A stretch of 32,000 nt of DNA from Desulfocapsa sulfexigens DSM 10523. Its GTDB lineage: Bacteria > Desulfobacterota > Desulfobulbia > Desulfobulbales > Desulfocapsaceae. Below the pieces are notes generated by a model that made no database searches, was not told the origin of the DNA, and saw nothing but the letters and a program-made list of their open reading frames with translations. The stretch spans positions 1,080,001 to 1,112,000 of the forward strand of contig NC_020304.1 of NCBI RefSeq assembly GCF_000341395.1, written 5' to 3'. The position numbers and the translations under genes are program-made. Positions within the stretch are counted from its first letter, which is position 1; every line of letters starts with the position of its first letter. Of the stretch, positions 31,648-32,000 are shown piece after piece.

Positions 31648-32000
31648 TTATCCAGGATCTCCCTCACTTTCACCAAAAGGATTTTTGACTGATACGGTTT
31701 CTGGATGAAGTCAAAACCACCCTCCAGCAATTCCCTGTTAGTAATAATCTCAGTGGAATAGCCACTGGTGAAGAGTATTTTCATCTTTGGGCAGATCTTG
31801 AGGATCGCCTCACCGACTTCTCTGCCGTTTTTCTTCGGCATGATCATGTCAAGTAGAACGAGGTTGATCCGCTCCCGGTTTTCAAGGAATTTTGCGATTG
31901 CCTCTTCACCATCCTCTGCGAAGATAACCGTATAGCCGAAGGACTCGAGCACGATCTTTGACAATTTCCTCAGAGCGACGTCGTCCTCGGCTACCAGGAT
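31644..32000 (-). CDS. Receiver domain, 3' part of a longer protein (probably hybrid histidine kinase), truncated by window edge
   Basis: The frame is open upstream of the ORF track start: [38 protein letters not shown]...[16 protein letters not shown]...ILFTSGYS...FIQKPY. Confidence 0.85.
   Translation of the reverse strand: MLVAEDDVALRKLSKIVLESFGYTVIFAEDGEEAIAKFLENRERINLVLLDMIMPKKNGREVGEAILKICPKMKILFTSGYSTEIITNRELLEGGFDFIQKPYQSKILLVKVREILDK

Overview
Bacterial chromosomal window (inference: Desulfobacterota-like, because of the Cys-rich PAS MCP and the N-ATPase context). Plus strand, left to right: 5'-truncated tandem CheW protein; very large soluble methyl-accepting chemotaxis protein with six exact-length 366-bp PAS units (plus one divergent N-terminal PAS); overlapping GNAT acetyltransferase / histone-deacetylase-family genes; YkgJ-type cysteine-cluster protein. 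Minus strand: fatty acid cis/trans isomerase, DEAD-box helicase, amrA-ykgJ-NUDIX cluster, KAS III, ABC permease coupled to an Fe-S nitroreductase, MFS transporter, alpha/beta hydrolase. Then a plus-strand phospholipase-D/ClsB-like gene. The right third is minus strand: two-receiver signalling locus, a complete N-type ATPase operon (atpD-C-Q-R-B-E-F-A-G), trkH-trkA, PAS histidine kinase and a small membrane protein. Less obvious signals read from the raw sequence are: (i) a Cys-X8-Cys-X4-Cys signature in all seven PAS modules of the MCP; (ii) an internally deleted relic of a YbhP-like EEP-family gene just upstream of the PLD gene, absent from the ORF track; (iii) a response regulator whose receiver domain joins abruptly to an HD-GYP-like C-terminal tail; (iv) a long imperfect inverted repeat upstream of amrA; (v) a near-consensus sigma70 promoter before the N-ATPase operon. 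No CRISPR, transposase, tRNA or rRNA was found. I did not find a clearly novel multi-gene defence-type system. The best 'undescribed' candidates are the Cys-PAS array receptor and the N-ATPase/Trk/kinase island.
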